The notes under the pieces: model-generated | Databases searched by the model: none | Told to the model about the DNA's origin: nothing | What the model saw: only the letters and a program-made list of their open reading frames with translations | Shown: positions 18,552 through 29,241 of the stretch, in pieces | Layout of the letters: each line of letters opens with the position of its first letter | Numbering within the stretch: the stretch's first letter is position 1 | NCBI GenBank assembly: GCA_947085045.1 | Contig: CAMTUU010000003.1 | Span: 42,013-106,012 of the forward strand | Origin: an uncultured Microbacteriaceae bacterium | Lineage (GTDB): Bacteria; Actinomycetota; Actinomycetes; Actinomycetales; Microbacteriaceae | Direction of reading: 5' to 3' | DNA: 64,000 nucleotides | Position numbers and translations under genes: made by a program

Positions 18552-18919
18552 GACGGGCGCCGACGCGTGATGGTGACGCTGACATCGTCGAACGGCACGG
18601 TGATCGGCGCGCGCGGCTTGTGCACGGTCACCACGACCTCGTGCGCGGCGGGGAACGACAGCGCGACCGCGGCGATGCGCTCGGCGACGGTCTCGATGAG
18701 GTCGACGGGGTCGCTCTCGACGGCGGCGACCACCTGCTCGGCCAGCTCGCCGTAGTGCACCGTCGCGGCGAGATCATCACCCGAGGCGGCGGGACCCAGC
18801 GGCAGCCGCACGATGACGTCGACGACGAACTCCTGTCCGTCGCGGCGCTCGAAGTCGAACACCCCGTGGTGCGCGGTGGCCCTCAGCCCGGTCAACCGGA
18901 TCTCGTCGAGCGGCGTCAC
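18548..18919 (-). CDS. folB: Dihydroneopterin aldolase
   Basis: 123 aa, DEIRLTGLRATAHHGVFDFERRDGQEFVVDV..; 4-nt overlaps on both sides. Confidence 0.93.
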   Translation of the reverse strand: MTPLDEIRLTGLRATAHHGVFDFERRDGQEFVVDVIVRLPLGPAASGDDLAATVHYGELAEQVVAAVESDPVDLIETVAERIAAVALSFPAAHEVVVTVHKPRAPITVPFDDVSVTITRRRPS

Positions 18920-19695
18920 GACGTCTGCTCCGCGATCGCGAGCGCGATGCGGGTCGACGGCACGTCGTGCACCCGCACCGCCCAGGCTCCCTGGCGGGCG
19001 ACGAGCGCCGAGATGACGGCCGTCGGCAGATCGCGGTCCGCCATCGGAGCCCCGTCGGGCAGCAGCGCCCCGACGAACCGCTTGCGCGAGGCGCCGACGA
19101 GGATGGCATGGCCGAGCGAGGCGATCTCGTCGAGGTGGTTGAGCAGGGCCCAGTTGTGCTCGGCGCTCTTGCCGAACCCCAGGCCCGGGTCGAGCACGAT
19201 CTTCGCCGGGTCGACGCCGGCGACGATGAGTTCGGCGAGGCGGGCCTTGAGTTCCGCGCGCACCTCGGCGACCACATCCGTGAAGGCCGGCGCGATGTCG
19301 GCGCCGCCGCGCCAGTGCATGACCGCGTAGTGCGCCCCGGTCTCGGCGACGATCCGCGCCATCCCCGCGTCGGCGAGCCCGCCCGAGACGTCGTTGACCA
19401 GCCGGGCGCCCGCCTCGACGGCGGCGGCGGCGGTGGCGGCGTTCGTCGTGTCGATGCTTACCGCGACGCCCTCCTGCACGAGGGCCTCGACGACTGGCAC
19501 GACCCGCTCGCGCTCCTCGGCCGGATCGACCTTCGCGGCTCCGGGGCGGGTCGACTCGCCGCCGACGTCGACGATCGCGGCGCCGGCATCCCGCAGCTCC
19601 AGACCGCGGGCGATCGCAGCGTCGGTCGCGGCGTAGAGCCCCCCGTCGCTGAACGAGTCGGGGGTGACATTGAGGATGCCCATGATGATGGTCAC
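18916..19695 (-). CDS. folP: Dihydropteroate synthase
   Basis: MGILNVTPDSFSDGG..IVDVGGESTRPGA..SIDT..VNDVSG.. pterin-binding domain. Confidence 0.95.
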   Translation of the reverse strand: MTIIMGILNVTPDSFSDGGLYAATDAAIARGLELRDAGAAIVDVGGESTRPGAAKVDPAEERERVVPVVEALVQEGVAVSIDTTNAATAAAAVEAGARLVNDVSGGLADAGMARIVAETGAHYAVMHWRGGADIAPAFTDVVAEVRAELKARLAELIVAGVDPAKIVLDPGLGFGKSAEHNWALLNHLDEIASLGHAILVGASRKRFVGALLPDGAPMADRDLPTAVISALVARQGAWAVRVHDVPSTRIALAIAEQTS

Positions 19696-20267
19696 GCGCC
19701 GGCCCCGATCAGGGTGATGGCCTCGGCCCGGCCAGCGGCTTCGCTCAGCTCGCCGCGGCTCGCGATCGTGACGGTGCTGGAGTTCATCTGACGGGCATCC
19801 CGGGCGGCGACGCAGTCGTGCTCCGCCTCGAGCACGACGATGACGCCGCGCGGCCCGAGGCCCTCATCCAGGGCTTCGGCGATCTGCTCGCCGAGACGCT
19901 CCTGCAACTGCGGCCGTGCCGCGAGGATCTCGACGACCGCGCCGAGGCGGCCGAGGCCGACGACCTTGCCGGCCGGCAGGTAGCCGACGTGCGCCACCCC
20001 GCGGAAGGGAAGCAGGTGGTGCTCGCACATCGAGCGGAACTCGAGCCCCCGCAACAGCACGAGGTCGCCGCGCTCCCCGTCACCCGCCGCGTCGACGCCC
20101 GCGTGGAGCACCGCCACCGGGTCGACGCCGATCCCGGCGAAGTACTCGGCGTACGCCTCCGCCACCCGCTTCGGGGTGCGCTGGAGTCCGGGGCGCGTCG
20201 CATCTTCGCCGATCGCTGCGAGCAGCTCGGCCACGGCGACCTCGATGCGGCCCTGGTCGACGGTCAT
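19692..20267 (-). CDS. folE: GTP cyclohydrolase I
   Basis: ..FRSMCEHHLLPFRGVAHVGYLP..VVGLGRL..RPQLQERL.. Confidence 0.95.
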   Translation of the reverse strand: MTVDQGRIEVAVAELLAAIGEDATRPGLQRTPKRVAEAYAEYFAGIGVDPVAVLHAGVDAAGDGERGDLVLLRGLEFRSMCEHHLLPFRGVAHVGYLPAGKVVGLGRLGAVVEILAARPQLQERLGEQIAEALDEGLGPRGVIVVLEAEHDCVAARDARQMNSSTVTIASRGELSEAAGRAEAITLIGAGA

Positions 20268-20274
20268 CGCCGCG

Positions 20275-22296
<2,022 letters not shown>

Positions 22297-22362
22297 GAGA
22301 CAGCCAGGGTATCGCCCCATTACTGGGCGCCGCCCCGGTGTTCGCCCGAGGAGTAACGAGAG

Positions 22363-22914
22363 TCAGCTGTAGACGTGCGGGGCGAGGATGCCGATCGACC
22401 GAAGGTTGCGGTAGCGCTCGGCGTAGTCGAGGCCGTAGCCGACGACGAACGCGTTCGGGATCTCGAAGCCGACGTAGTGGGCCTCGATGTCGACCTTCGC
22501 GGCCTCGGGTTTGCGCAGCAGCGCGCAGATCTCCAGCGACGCCGGATTGCGGCTCTCGAGGTTGGATCGCAGCCACGACAGGGTGAGCCCCGAGTCGACG
22601 ATGTCCTCGACGATGAGCACGTGCCGGCCGGCGATGTCGGTGTCGAGATCCTTCACGATGCGCACGACGCCACTGGACTCCGTCGAGGTGCCGTACGACG
22701 AGGTCGCCATCCAGTCCATCTCGACGTCGCGCTTGAGTTCGCGCGCGAGGTCGGCCATCACCATGACGGCGCCCTTGAGCACGCCGACGATGAGCAGGTC
22801 GCGGCCCGCGTAGTCGGCCTCGATCTCGCGGCACATCTCGGCGATGCGTTCGCGGATCTGCTGCTCGGTGTAGAGCACCTCGGTGAGGTCGCCCTCGATG
22901 TCAGCCGTGTCCAT
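22363..22914 (-). CDS. hpt: Hypoxanthine phosphoribosyltransferase
   Basis: ..[32 protein letters not shown].. PRPP motif. Start at MDTADIEG (22914) preferred; the ATG at 22953 is an alternative. Either start overlaps the tilS 3' end. Confidence 0.9.
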   Translation of the reverse strand: MDTADIEGDLTEVLYTEQQIRERIAEMCREIEADYAGRDLLIVGVLKGAVMVMADLARELKRDVEMDWMATSSYGTSTESSGVVRIVKDLDTDIAGRHVLIVEDIVDSGLTLSWLRSNLESRNPASLEICALLRKPEAAKVDIEAHYVGFEIPNAFVVGYGLDYAERYRNLRSIGILAPHVYS

Positions 22915-23899
22915 CGCCGTCTTTCTCTCGTGCCCGGAACTCGATTCTGCCATCGGCTCTCACGACCGAGACGCCGGGCACGTCGATCGGCCCCTGGCCC
23001 CGCCAGTCGGTCACCAGCCGGGCGATCTGGAGGGTGTGGGCGCGGCTGAGCGACACCCCGAACTCGCTCCGCACGATGAAGCGGATGATGCGCTGCCGCA
23101 ACGCCGCCGGGTTGGCGGCGAGCGCCCCCACCGCGACCGCGATGCCCCCGTCGATGAACTCCGCGAGCTCCCCGGCGACCTCGTCGATCATCGTCGCGAA
23201 GGCGTCCTCGTCTTCGCGCAGGGCCTCGGCGGTGCGGGCGAGCGCCTCCGCGACTCCCGGCCCGAGTTCGGCTTCGAGCACGGGCAGCACGTCTTGGCGC
23301 ACCCTGACGCGGGTGAACGACGGATCGCCGTTGTGCGGGTCCACCCAGGGCTCGAGGCCCTCGTCGACGCAGGCCCGCACGGTCGTCGACCGGCGGATGC
23401 CGAGCAGCGGCCGGCGGTACAGCCCCGCCACGGGCGCCATGCCCTGCAGGCTGCCGCCGCCGGAGCCACGGGCCAACCCGAGCAGCACCGTCTCGGCCTG
23501 GTCGTCGAGGGTGTGCCCGAGCAGCACCGCGACGGCCCCGAGTTCGCCGGCGACCGACGTCAGGGCGTCGTACCGAGCGGCCCGCGCCGCCGCCTCCGGT
23601 CCCGCGCCGGAGTCCGACGGGACCGTGACCCGCACGACGCGCACGTGACCCAACCCCAGGCTCTCGGCCTGCTGCCTCGCCCGCTCGGCTACGGCATCCG
23701 ATCCGCTCTGCAGCTGGTGGTCGACGATCACCGCACCCGACCGACCCGGAGCCTCGAACGCGAGGGCGGCGGCGAGGGACAGGGAATCGGGGCCTCCGGA
23801 CAGCGCGACCAGGACGAGCCCTTCGGCGGGGAGGGACGACCGCACGGCCCGGCGCACATCCGCGACAGCAGGCGAGAGAGACGGCCGGAAAGAACCCAT
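22901..23899 (-). CDS. tilS: tRNA(Ile)-lysidine synthase
   Basis: 332 aa with PP-loop [13 protein letters not shown]. Conserved position upstream of hpt-ftsH. Confidence 0.88.
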   Translation of the reverse strand: MGSFRPSLSPAVADVRRAVRSSLPAEGLVLVALSGGPDSLSLAAALAFEAPGRSGAVIVDHQLQSGSDAVAERARQQAESLGLGHVRVVRVTVPSDSGAGPEAAARAARYDALTSVAGELGAVAVLLGHTLDDQAETVLLGLARGSGGGSLQGMAPVAGLYRRPLLGIRRSTTVRACVDEGLEPWVDPHNGDPSFTRVRVRQDVLPVLEAELGPGVAEALARTAEALREDEDAFATMIDEVAGELAEFIDGGIAVAVGALAANPAALRQRIIRFIVRSEFGVSLSRAHTLQIARLVTDWRGQGPIDVPGVSVVRADGRIEFRAREKDGDGHG

Positions 23900-23943
23900 C
23901 GGCTAACGTTAGACCCGCCTTTCGGCCCGAACTCAGGAGCATC

Positions 23944-24435
23944 ATGTCCGACAGCTACGCCATCGTCATCGAGTGCCCGAAGGGCAGCCGCAACAAGTAC
24001 GAGATCGACCACGTCACTGGTCGCGTCATGCTCGACCGTGTGCTGTACACCCCGATGGCCTACCCCACCGACTACGGCTTCTTCGAGAACACCCTCGCCG
24101 ACGATGGCGACCCGCTCGACGTGCTCGTGCTCGGCGAGTACCCGCTGTTCCCCGGCATCGGCATGCTCGTGCGACCCGTCGGGGTCTTCAAGATGACGGA
24201 TGACGGCGGCGGCGACGCCAAGGTCATCGCCGTCGCCGCGAAGGACCCGCGCTGGGACCACATCCAGGACCTCGCCGACATCCCGGAGTACAAGGTCAAG
24301 GAGATCGAGCACTTCTTCGAGCACTACAAGGACCTCGAGCCGGGCAAGTGGGTCAAGACGGACGGGTGGGGCGACAAGGCCGAGGCGCTGTCGATCATCG
24401 AGGCGTCGTACTCGGCGTACGTGCCGAACCAGTAG
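23944..24435 (+). CDS. ppa: Inorganic pyrophosphatase (family I)
   Basis: 163 aa, ..[14 protein letters not shown]...[10 protein letters not shown]... Confidence 0.95.
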   Translation: MSDSYAIVIECPKGSRNKYEIDHVTGRVMLDRVLYTPMAYPTDYGFFENTLADDGDPLDVLVLGEYPLFPGIGMLVRPVGVFKMTDDGGGDAKVIAVAAKDPRWDHIQDLADIPEYKVKEIEHFFEHYKDLEPGKWVKTDGWGDKAEALSIIEASYSAYVPNQ

Positions 24436-24508
24436 GTCTCGGCACGCGCCACTCGACCGCCGAGGGGGAACGCGACCGTCGACGAGGCCGGTGGATCCCG
24501 GGGGCGGG

Positions 24509-25297
24509 TCAGACCGAACCCTGGTCGCCGATCAGGCAGCCGAAGCCGCCCTGGGCCTGCTGCACCCACGCCGACGCGGTGGCGACCCGCTGAGCGGCCG
24601 ACGACAGCTGGATGACGCAGTCGCGCCAGCGGATGTCGACCGCCGAGCGGGCGTCGGTCTCGAGCCCGAAGTAGCCCTGCGCGACCTGCTGCTCGAGGTC
24701 GGTGCGGTCGGGGATCACCGGGTCGCCGAGCAGCAGGCTGACGAACTCGGCCTCGCCCGATCCGGTGACGACGGGCACGGTGCAGCCGAAGGTCCCGACT
24801 CCGTCCTGCGTCGCAGCCACGTCGGCGCCCTCGCCGAACGACGCGATCGTGCCGCCGGCGGCGATGGCGACCGCCATCCCCTCGGGCCAGTCGCCCGTCG
24901 TCACGAGCTGCGAGGTGATGACCCCGGTGGGCTCCAGTCCGGGAAAGATCTCGAGCTGCGAGGTGATCGCGTTCGGGCACTCGTCCTGCACGGCCTGGAG
25001 GTCCGCGGGTGAGGAGGCGGCGCCCTGCGCCCGCGCGAACGTCAGCTCCAGACGCACCTCCTGCTCGCCCACCTCGGCCGTCGCCGAGACGCGCAGGAAG
25101 GCGGTGCCGGGCAGCGCGGCGACCGTCGTCGGCGGTGTGGTCGGGACGACGACCGGCGCGCTCGTCGTGGGCGTCGAGGTCGCGCTCTCCGTGGGCGTCG
25201 GCGTCGGGCCGGCGACGACCCCGCACCCCGCCAGCGCGACGACGGCGACGGTGGTGACGAGAGCGAGCTGGGCGAGGGGGAGCATCCTGCGGCGCAT
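24509..25297 (-). CDS. Hypothetical lipoprotein (262 aa)
   Basis: Lipobox VALAGC after MRRRMLPLAQLALVTTVAVV, Thr/Pro-rich linker, four further Cys. Starts 12 nt after the NlpC/P60 stop. Confidence 0.7.
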   Translation of the reverse strand: MRRRMLPLAQLALVTTVAVVALAGCGVVAGPTPTPTESATSTPTTSAPVVVPTTPPTTVAALPGTAFLRVSATAEVGEQEVRLELTFARAQGAASSPADLQAVQDECPNAITSQLEIFPGLEPTGVITSQLVTTGDWPEGMAVAIAAGGTIASFGEGADVAATQDGVGTFGCTVPVVTGSGEAEFVSLLLGDPVIPDRTDLEQQVAQGYFGLETDARSAVDIRWRDCVIQLSSAAQRVATASAWVQQAQGGFGCLIGDQGSV

Positions 25298-25309
25298 CCC
25301 CCGATTGTG

Positions 25310-26551
25310 TCAGCCCGTCGGCCTGCCCACGTAGGGAACCAGGCTGCTGTATCGAACATTCACGATCCGAACGGGCACCGACGGGTTCGCCGCCTCGATC
25401 ATCTTGCCGCCGCCGAGATAGATCGCGACATGCCACTTGCGCGACGCCGAGGCCGAACCGCCGTCGGAGTAGTACAGCAGATCCCCGCGCTGGGCTTGCG
25501 CGAGCGGCACCAGCCGGCCCTGCGCCGACATGTAGTTGTACTGGTCGGTCGAGGAGTGGGTGCCGATGTAGACGCCCACCGATGCGTACGAGGCCTTGGT
25601 GAGCCCCGAGCAGTCCCAGGAGTTGGGGCCCATCCCGCCGAAGACGTAGGGCTCACCGAGTTGGGCGGCGGCGTAGGCGATCGCGTTCTCGACCGCGCTC
25701 GACACCGGGGCGGGCGCCGTCGGGGCCGTCGGGGCTGTCGGCGCGGTGGGCGTGCTCGGTGCCGTGACGACCGGGGGCGCCGGAGATCCGGGCGGGTTCG
25801 CCGCGAGCCCCTGCTCGTAGCCGCGCTCCAGGGCCAGGGTGGTGCCCTTCAGCGCGGCGAGTTGCGCGTACATCCGATCCATGTCGGCGCGTTGATCGTC
25901 GGCCCTCGCCTGCGCGGCTTCGGCCGCCTCCTGCGCGACGGTGGCCTTCTCCTGCGCGGCGTCGGACAGCTTCCGACGCTGAGCCTCGGCGGCGCGGGCA
26001 TCCTTCGAGAGCGCCTGCGCGGTCTTCTTGTCGTAGATGGCGCGTTCGAGCATCTCCGCCGACGATGCCGTGAGCCGGTCGGCGGTGCCGAGTCGAGCGA
26101 GCAGAGAGTCGGCGTCATCCGCCGAGCCGAGCAGCAGCCCGAGAGTGACGTCGCCGCCGCCGTTGCGGGCGAGCTGGGCCACGATCACCGCGACCCGCTG
26201 CTCGGACTCGTCGGCGCGATCCTGCGCGGCAGCCGACTGCCCCTTGAGCTTGTCGAGCTTGGCGGTGGCGTCGTCGAGCTCCTTCTGGGCGATCGCGTAA
26301 TCTTCGCGCAGCACCAGCGCGACGTGGGTGAGGTCCGCGACCTCGGCTTCCAGGCCACTCAGGATGCCCTCGATCTCCGCGATCTTCCCGGCGACCGCGG
26401 TCTCGTCGGACCGGGCCTGCTCGACCTCGTCCCAGGTCGGGTAGTCGGGCTGACGGACGGCCATCGCGGGCATCGGGTTGGCGAACGCCAGCAGAAGAGT
26501 CGCCGGCACCCCCGCCGCGACGGCGCGCTTCGCGCGCCTGTTGTCTCCCAT
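25310..26551 (-). CDS. Secreted NlpC/P60 (C40) peptidoglycan endopeptidase with N-terminal coiled coil
   Basis: Signal peptide, QPDYPTWDEV, about 230 aa of Ala/Glu/Gln-rich helix, (TAP)n linker. Then GEPYVFGGMGPNSWDCSGLT...HVAIYLGGGKMIEA catalytic Cys/His domain. Confidence 0.9.
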   Translation of the reverse strand: MGDNRRAKRAVAAGVPATLLLAFANPMPAMAVRQPDYPTWDEVEQARSDETAVAGKIAEIEGILSGLEAEVADLTHVALVLREDYAIAQKELDDATAKLDKLKGQSAAAQDRADESEQRVAVIVAQLARNGGGDVTLGLLLGSADDADSLLARLGTADRLTASSAEMLERAIYDKKTAQALSKDARAAEAQRRKLSDAAQEKATVAQEAAEAAQARADDQRADMDRMYAQLAALKGTTLALERGYEQGLAANPPGSPAPPVVTAPSTPTAPTAPTAPTAPAPVSSAVENAIAYAAAQLGEPYVFGGMGPNSWDCSGLTKASYASVGVYIGTHSSTDQYNYMSAQGRLVPLAQAQRGDLLYYSDGGSASASRKWHVAIYLGGGKMIEAANPSVPVRIVNVRYSSLVPYVGRPTG

Positions 26552-26581
26552 GATGTCTCCCCTTGCTGGTGGCGCTCCGGG

Positions 26582-27820
26582 TCAGAGCGTGATGCCCTGG
26601 TCGCGCATGAACTGAACGGGATCGGTGGTGTTCAGGTTGCCGCCGACGCGCACCATGTAGTGCAGGTGGCAGCCGGTCGAGTATCCGGTCGTCCCCGTCC
26701 GCGCGATCGGCTGACCCGGGTCGACCTGCTGACCGACGCTGACCCCGATTCCGCCCGGCATGATGTGGGCGTAGCCGGTGCCGGTGCCGTCGCCGTTGTC
26801 GATCGCGACGTAATAGCCCCACGAGCCGTACCAGCCGGCGTAGGTGACCGTTCCGGAATGCGCGGCGTAGATCGTCGCAGCGCAGCCGATTCCGGCCATG
26901 TCGGTGCCCGTGTGCCAGGCGCGTGTGCCCTTGAACGGGTCGGCACGCCAGCCGTAGTTGCTGCTGATGAATCCGCCGCTCAGGGGGCGGGCCCAGCCGG
27001 TCGAGCTGATCTGACCGCCGGCGTTGTCGCCCCACTGCGCCCGGATCCCCGCGCTGTACTGCGCGCTGGTCTCGGCGCTGATCCCCGCGAGATACTCGAT
27101 TCGGGCACGTAGCTCGGCGATGTCCCGCTCGGTCTGCGCCAGCTTCTCCGCGGCGGCGATCGCGGCATCCTGGGCGACCGTGAACGCCGCTTCGAACGCG
27201 AGACGCAACTCTTCGAGGATGCCCTGCGCCACCTCGGCCTGCGCGGCCAGCGCGTTCGCGCGATTGCGCAACTCGATCGCCTCGGCGTACAGGTCGGCGT
27301 AGCGGTCACCGATCACCCGGTTGAGCTCGAGGCGGTCGAGCAGCACGTCGGGCGACCCCGGCGTGGTGAATAGCTGCGGGGTGAGATCGGCTCCGCGGCC
27401 CGACTTGCTCATCTCGGCGATGATCTGGGCGGCGACCGAGAACGCCTCCTTCGCCTCGGCCTCGGCGGCGCCGGTCTGGTCGAGCAGCGACTGCGTCTCC
27501 ACGTTCTGCTTGTCGTAGGCGTCCTGCGCTTCGGCGAGCAGTGCGCCCTTGGCGTCGGCGTCGTCCTGCGTGCGCTGCGCCTCGTCCTGGAGTCCCTGCA
27601 ACTGACCGGTCAGGTCTGCACTGAGCGCCGTGGCCTGGGCTTCGTTGCGCTTCGCGGCGACGACCTCCTCCCAGGTGGGGTAGTCGGCGGCGACCGCGGC
27701 CTGCGTCGGGGTGAGGCCGCCGCCGAGCGGAACGAGGGCGAGGGCGAGGGCGGCGGCGAGCACACGGAGGCCCCGCGCGAATCGTTCGCTGCTGGCCCCC
27801 CGGCTGGACTGACGCCCCAT
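26582..27820 (-). CDS. Secreted M23 (LytM-type) metallopeptidase with N-terminal coiled coil, motifs intact
   Basis: Start at the ATG at 27820 (MGRQSSRG.., signal LRVLAAALALALVPL). ADYPTWEEV plus coiled coil. HTGTD (HxxxD), YAHI, CHLHY (HxH, 26660-26668). Confidence 0.9.
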   Translation of the reverse strand: MGRQSSRGASSERFARGLRVLAAALALALVPLGGGLTPTQAAVAADYPTWEEVVAAKRNEAQATALSADLTGQLQGLQDEAQRTQDDADAKGALLAEAQDAYDKQNVETQSLLDQTGAAEAEAKEAFSVAAQIIAEMSKSGRGADLTPQLFTTPGSPDVLLDRLELNRVIGDRYADLYAEAIELRNRANALAAQAEVAQGILEELRLAFEAAFTVAQDAAIAAAEKLAQTERDIAELRARIEYLAGISAETSAQYSAGIRAQWGDNAGGQISSTGWARPLSGGFISSNYGWRADPFKGTRAWHTGTDMAGIGCAATIYAAHSGTVTYAGWYGSWGYYVAIDNGDGTGTGYAHIMPGGIGVSVGQQVDPGQPIARTGTTGYSTGCHLHYMVRVGGNLNTTDPVQFMRDQGITL

Positions 27821-27990
27821 GTTTCCCCGCTTCTTCCTGCCGGCCGAATCACTCGCCGTCCCAGGAACAACTTCGGCAACACTAACAACAAGTCTCAACG
27901 GCGACTTGAACCTAGTTCAGGGGTGCGGATGCGTCGGGCTCATCCTCGGGGTGTCCGACATCCGGGCCGTGCGGTCGCGAGCGGTCGGGA
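27821..27990 (-). promoter_or_regulatory. Conserved structured leader, copy A (5' UTR of M23 gene 26582..27820)
   Basis: 170-nt gap between two same-strand genes. Plus-strand blocks 27890-27915 and 27947-27963 are near-identical to 29308-29333 and 29364-29380. Potential helix 27898-27904 with 27853-27859. Confidence 0.55.
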
Positions 27991-29241
27991 TCAGCCGAGC
28001 ACGATGCCCTGCTCCCGCATGAACTGAACGGGGTCGGTGATATCGCGATCGCCGTTCACCCGCACGTTGAACTGCAAGTGGCAGCCCGTCGACTGACCCG
28101 TCGAGCCGACCTTGGCGATCGGCTGGCCGGGGGCGACCTGCTGACCGACGCTCACGCCGATGCCGCCGGCCTGGATGTGGGCGTAGCCGGTACCGGTGCC
28201 GTCGCCGTGATTGATCGCGACGTAGTAGCCCCACGACCCGCTCCAGCCCGCGTAGGTGACGACTCCGGCGCGCGCCGCCCGGATCGTCGTCCCGCAGCTG
28301 TTGCCGGCGAGGTCGACGCCGGTGTGGAACTGGCGCTTGAAAGTGACCGGGTTGATGCGCCAGCCGTACGGGCTCGAGATGTACCCGCTGATCGGTCGCG
28401 TCCACCCGCTCTGGCTGATCTCGCCCGCGGCTCCGCCGCCCCACTGCGCCTGGATCCCGGCGTTGTAGTCGGCGGTGGTCTGCTGCCGCACGCCCGCCAA
28501 GTACTCGACACGGGCGCGCAGCTCCGCGATGTCCCGCTCGGTCTTCGCCAGCTGCGCGGCTGCCGCTTCGGCCGCGGCGACGGCTGCCTGCAACGCCGCC
28601 TCGGCCTTGATCCGCAGCTCGTCGAGGAGGCCCTGGGCGATCTCCGCCTGGCTGGCCAGGGCCTTCGCGCGGTTGCGCAGCTGGACGGCTTCGGCGTAGA
28701 GGCCGGCGTAGCGGTCGCCGACCACCCGGTTCATCTCGAGGCGCTGGAGCAACATGTCGGGCGACCCGGGGGTCGTGAACAACTGCGGCGTCAGGTCGGT
28801 CAAGCTGCCCGACTTGCTCATCTCCGCGATGATCCGCGCGGCGACCGCGTAGGCGTCCGCGGCCTGCGTCTCCGCCTCGGCGGTCTGGGCGATCAGCGAC
28901 TCGGTCTCCAGCTTCTGCGCGTCGTAGGCATCCTGCGCTTCCGCGTACAGGACACCCTTGGCGTCCGCCTCCTGCTGCGTGCGCTGCGCTTCCTCCTGCA
29001 GGCCCTGGAGCTGGGCCTGGAGGCTGGCGCTCAACGCTTTCGCGTTCGCCTCGTTGTTGCGCGCGGCGACGACGTCGCTCCAGCTGGGATAGTCGGCGAC
29101 GACCGCCGACCTCGCCGGTGAGATCTCGCTCAGCGTCGGGATGAGCGCCAGAGCGACGGCGGCGGCGAGCACGCGGAGAGTCCGCGTGAGCCTCGCCGGC
29201 GCCTGCAGTGAGTGGGCCCCCCGGCCGGACAGTCGTTCCAC
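27991..29241 (-). CDS. Secreted M23 (LytM-type) domain protein with N-terminal coiled coil, degenerate HxH motif
   Basis: Start at the GTG at 29241 (VERLSGRG.., signal LRVLAAAVALALIPTL), in the same GCGGGGAAC context as its paralog. HTGVD and YAHI are present, but CHLQF replaces CHLH (CAC TTG CAG, 28072-28080). Confidence 0.88.
   Translation of the reverse strand: MERLSGRGAHSLQAPARLTRTLRVLAAAVALALIPTLSEISPARSAVVADYPSWSDVVAARNNEANAKALSASLQAQLQGLQEEAQRTQQEADAKGVLYAEAQDAYDAQKLETESLIAQTAEAETQAADAYAVAARIIAEMSKSGSLTDLTPQLFTTPGSPDMLLQRLEMNRVVGDRYAGLYAEAVQLRNRAKALASQAEIAQGLLDELRIKAEAALQAAVAAAEAAAAQLAKTERDIAELRARVEYLAGVRQQTTADYNAGIQAQWGGGAAGEISQSGWTRPISGYISSPYGWRINPVTFKRQFHTGVDLAGNSCGTTIRAARAGVVTYAGWSGSWGYYVAINHGDGTGTGYAHIQAGGIGVSVGQQVAPGQPIAKVGSTGQSTGCHLQFNVRVNGDRDITDPVQFMREQGIVLG

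Noticed and set aside
23903-23912. 10-bp palindrome CTAACGTTAG in the 44-nt tilS/ppa divergent gap.
   Set aside because: It is too short to distinguish from chance, and it sits where the two core promoters must overlap. There is no supporting repeat.
27890-27963. Calling the shared M23 leader a c-di-AMP (ydaO) riboswitch outright, or a tRNA-derived element because of GGUUCAAGUC (the same 10-mer as the tRNA-Asp T arm).
   Set aside because: I found only partial resemblances, such as CCGCACCC...CUA..UCAAG. I could not place the full set of conserved ydaO segments in the right order by eye. The bases flanking GGUUCAAGUC cannot form a T stem. It is kept as an unclassified candidate pending a covariance-model search.
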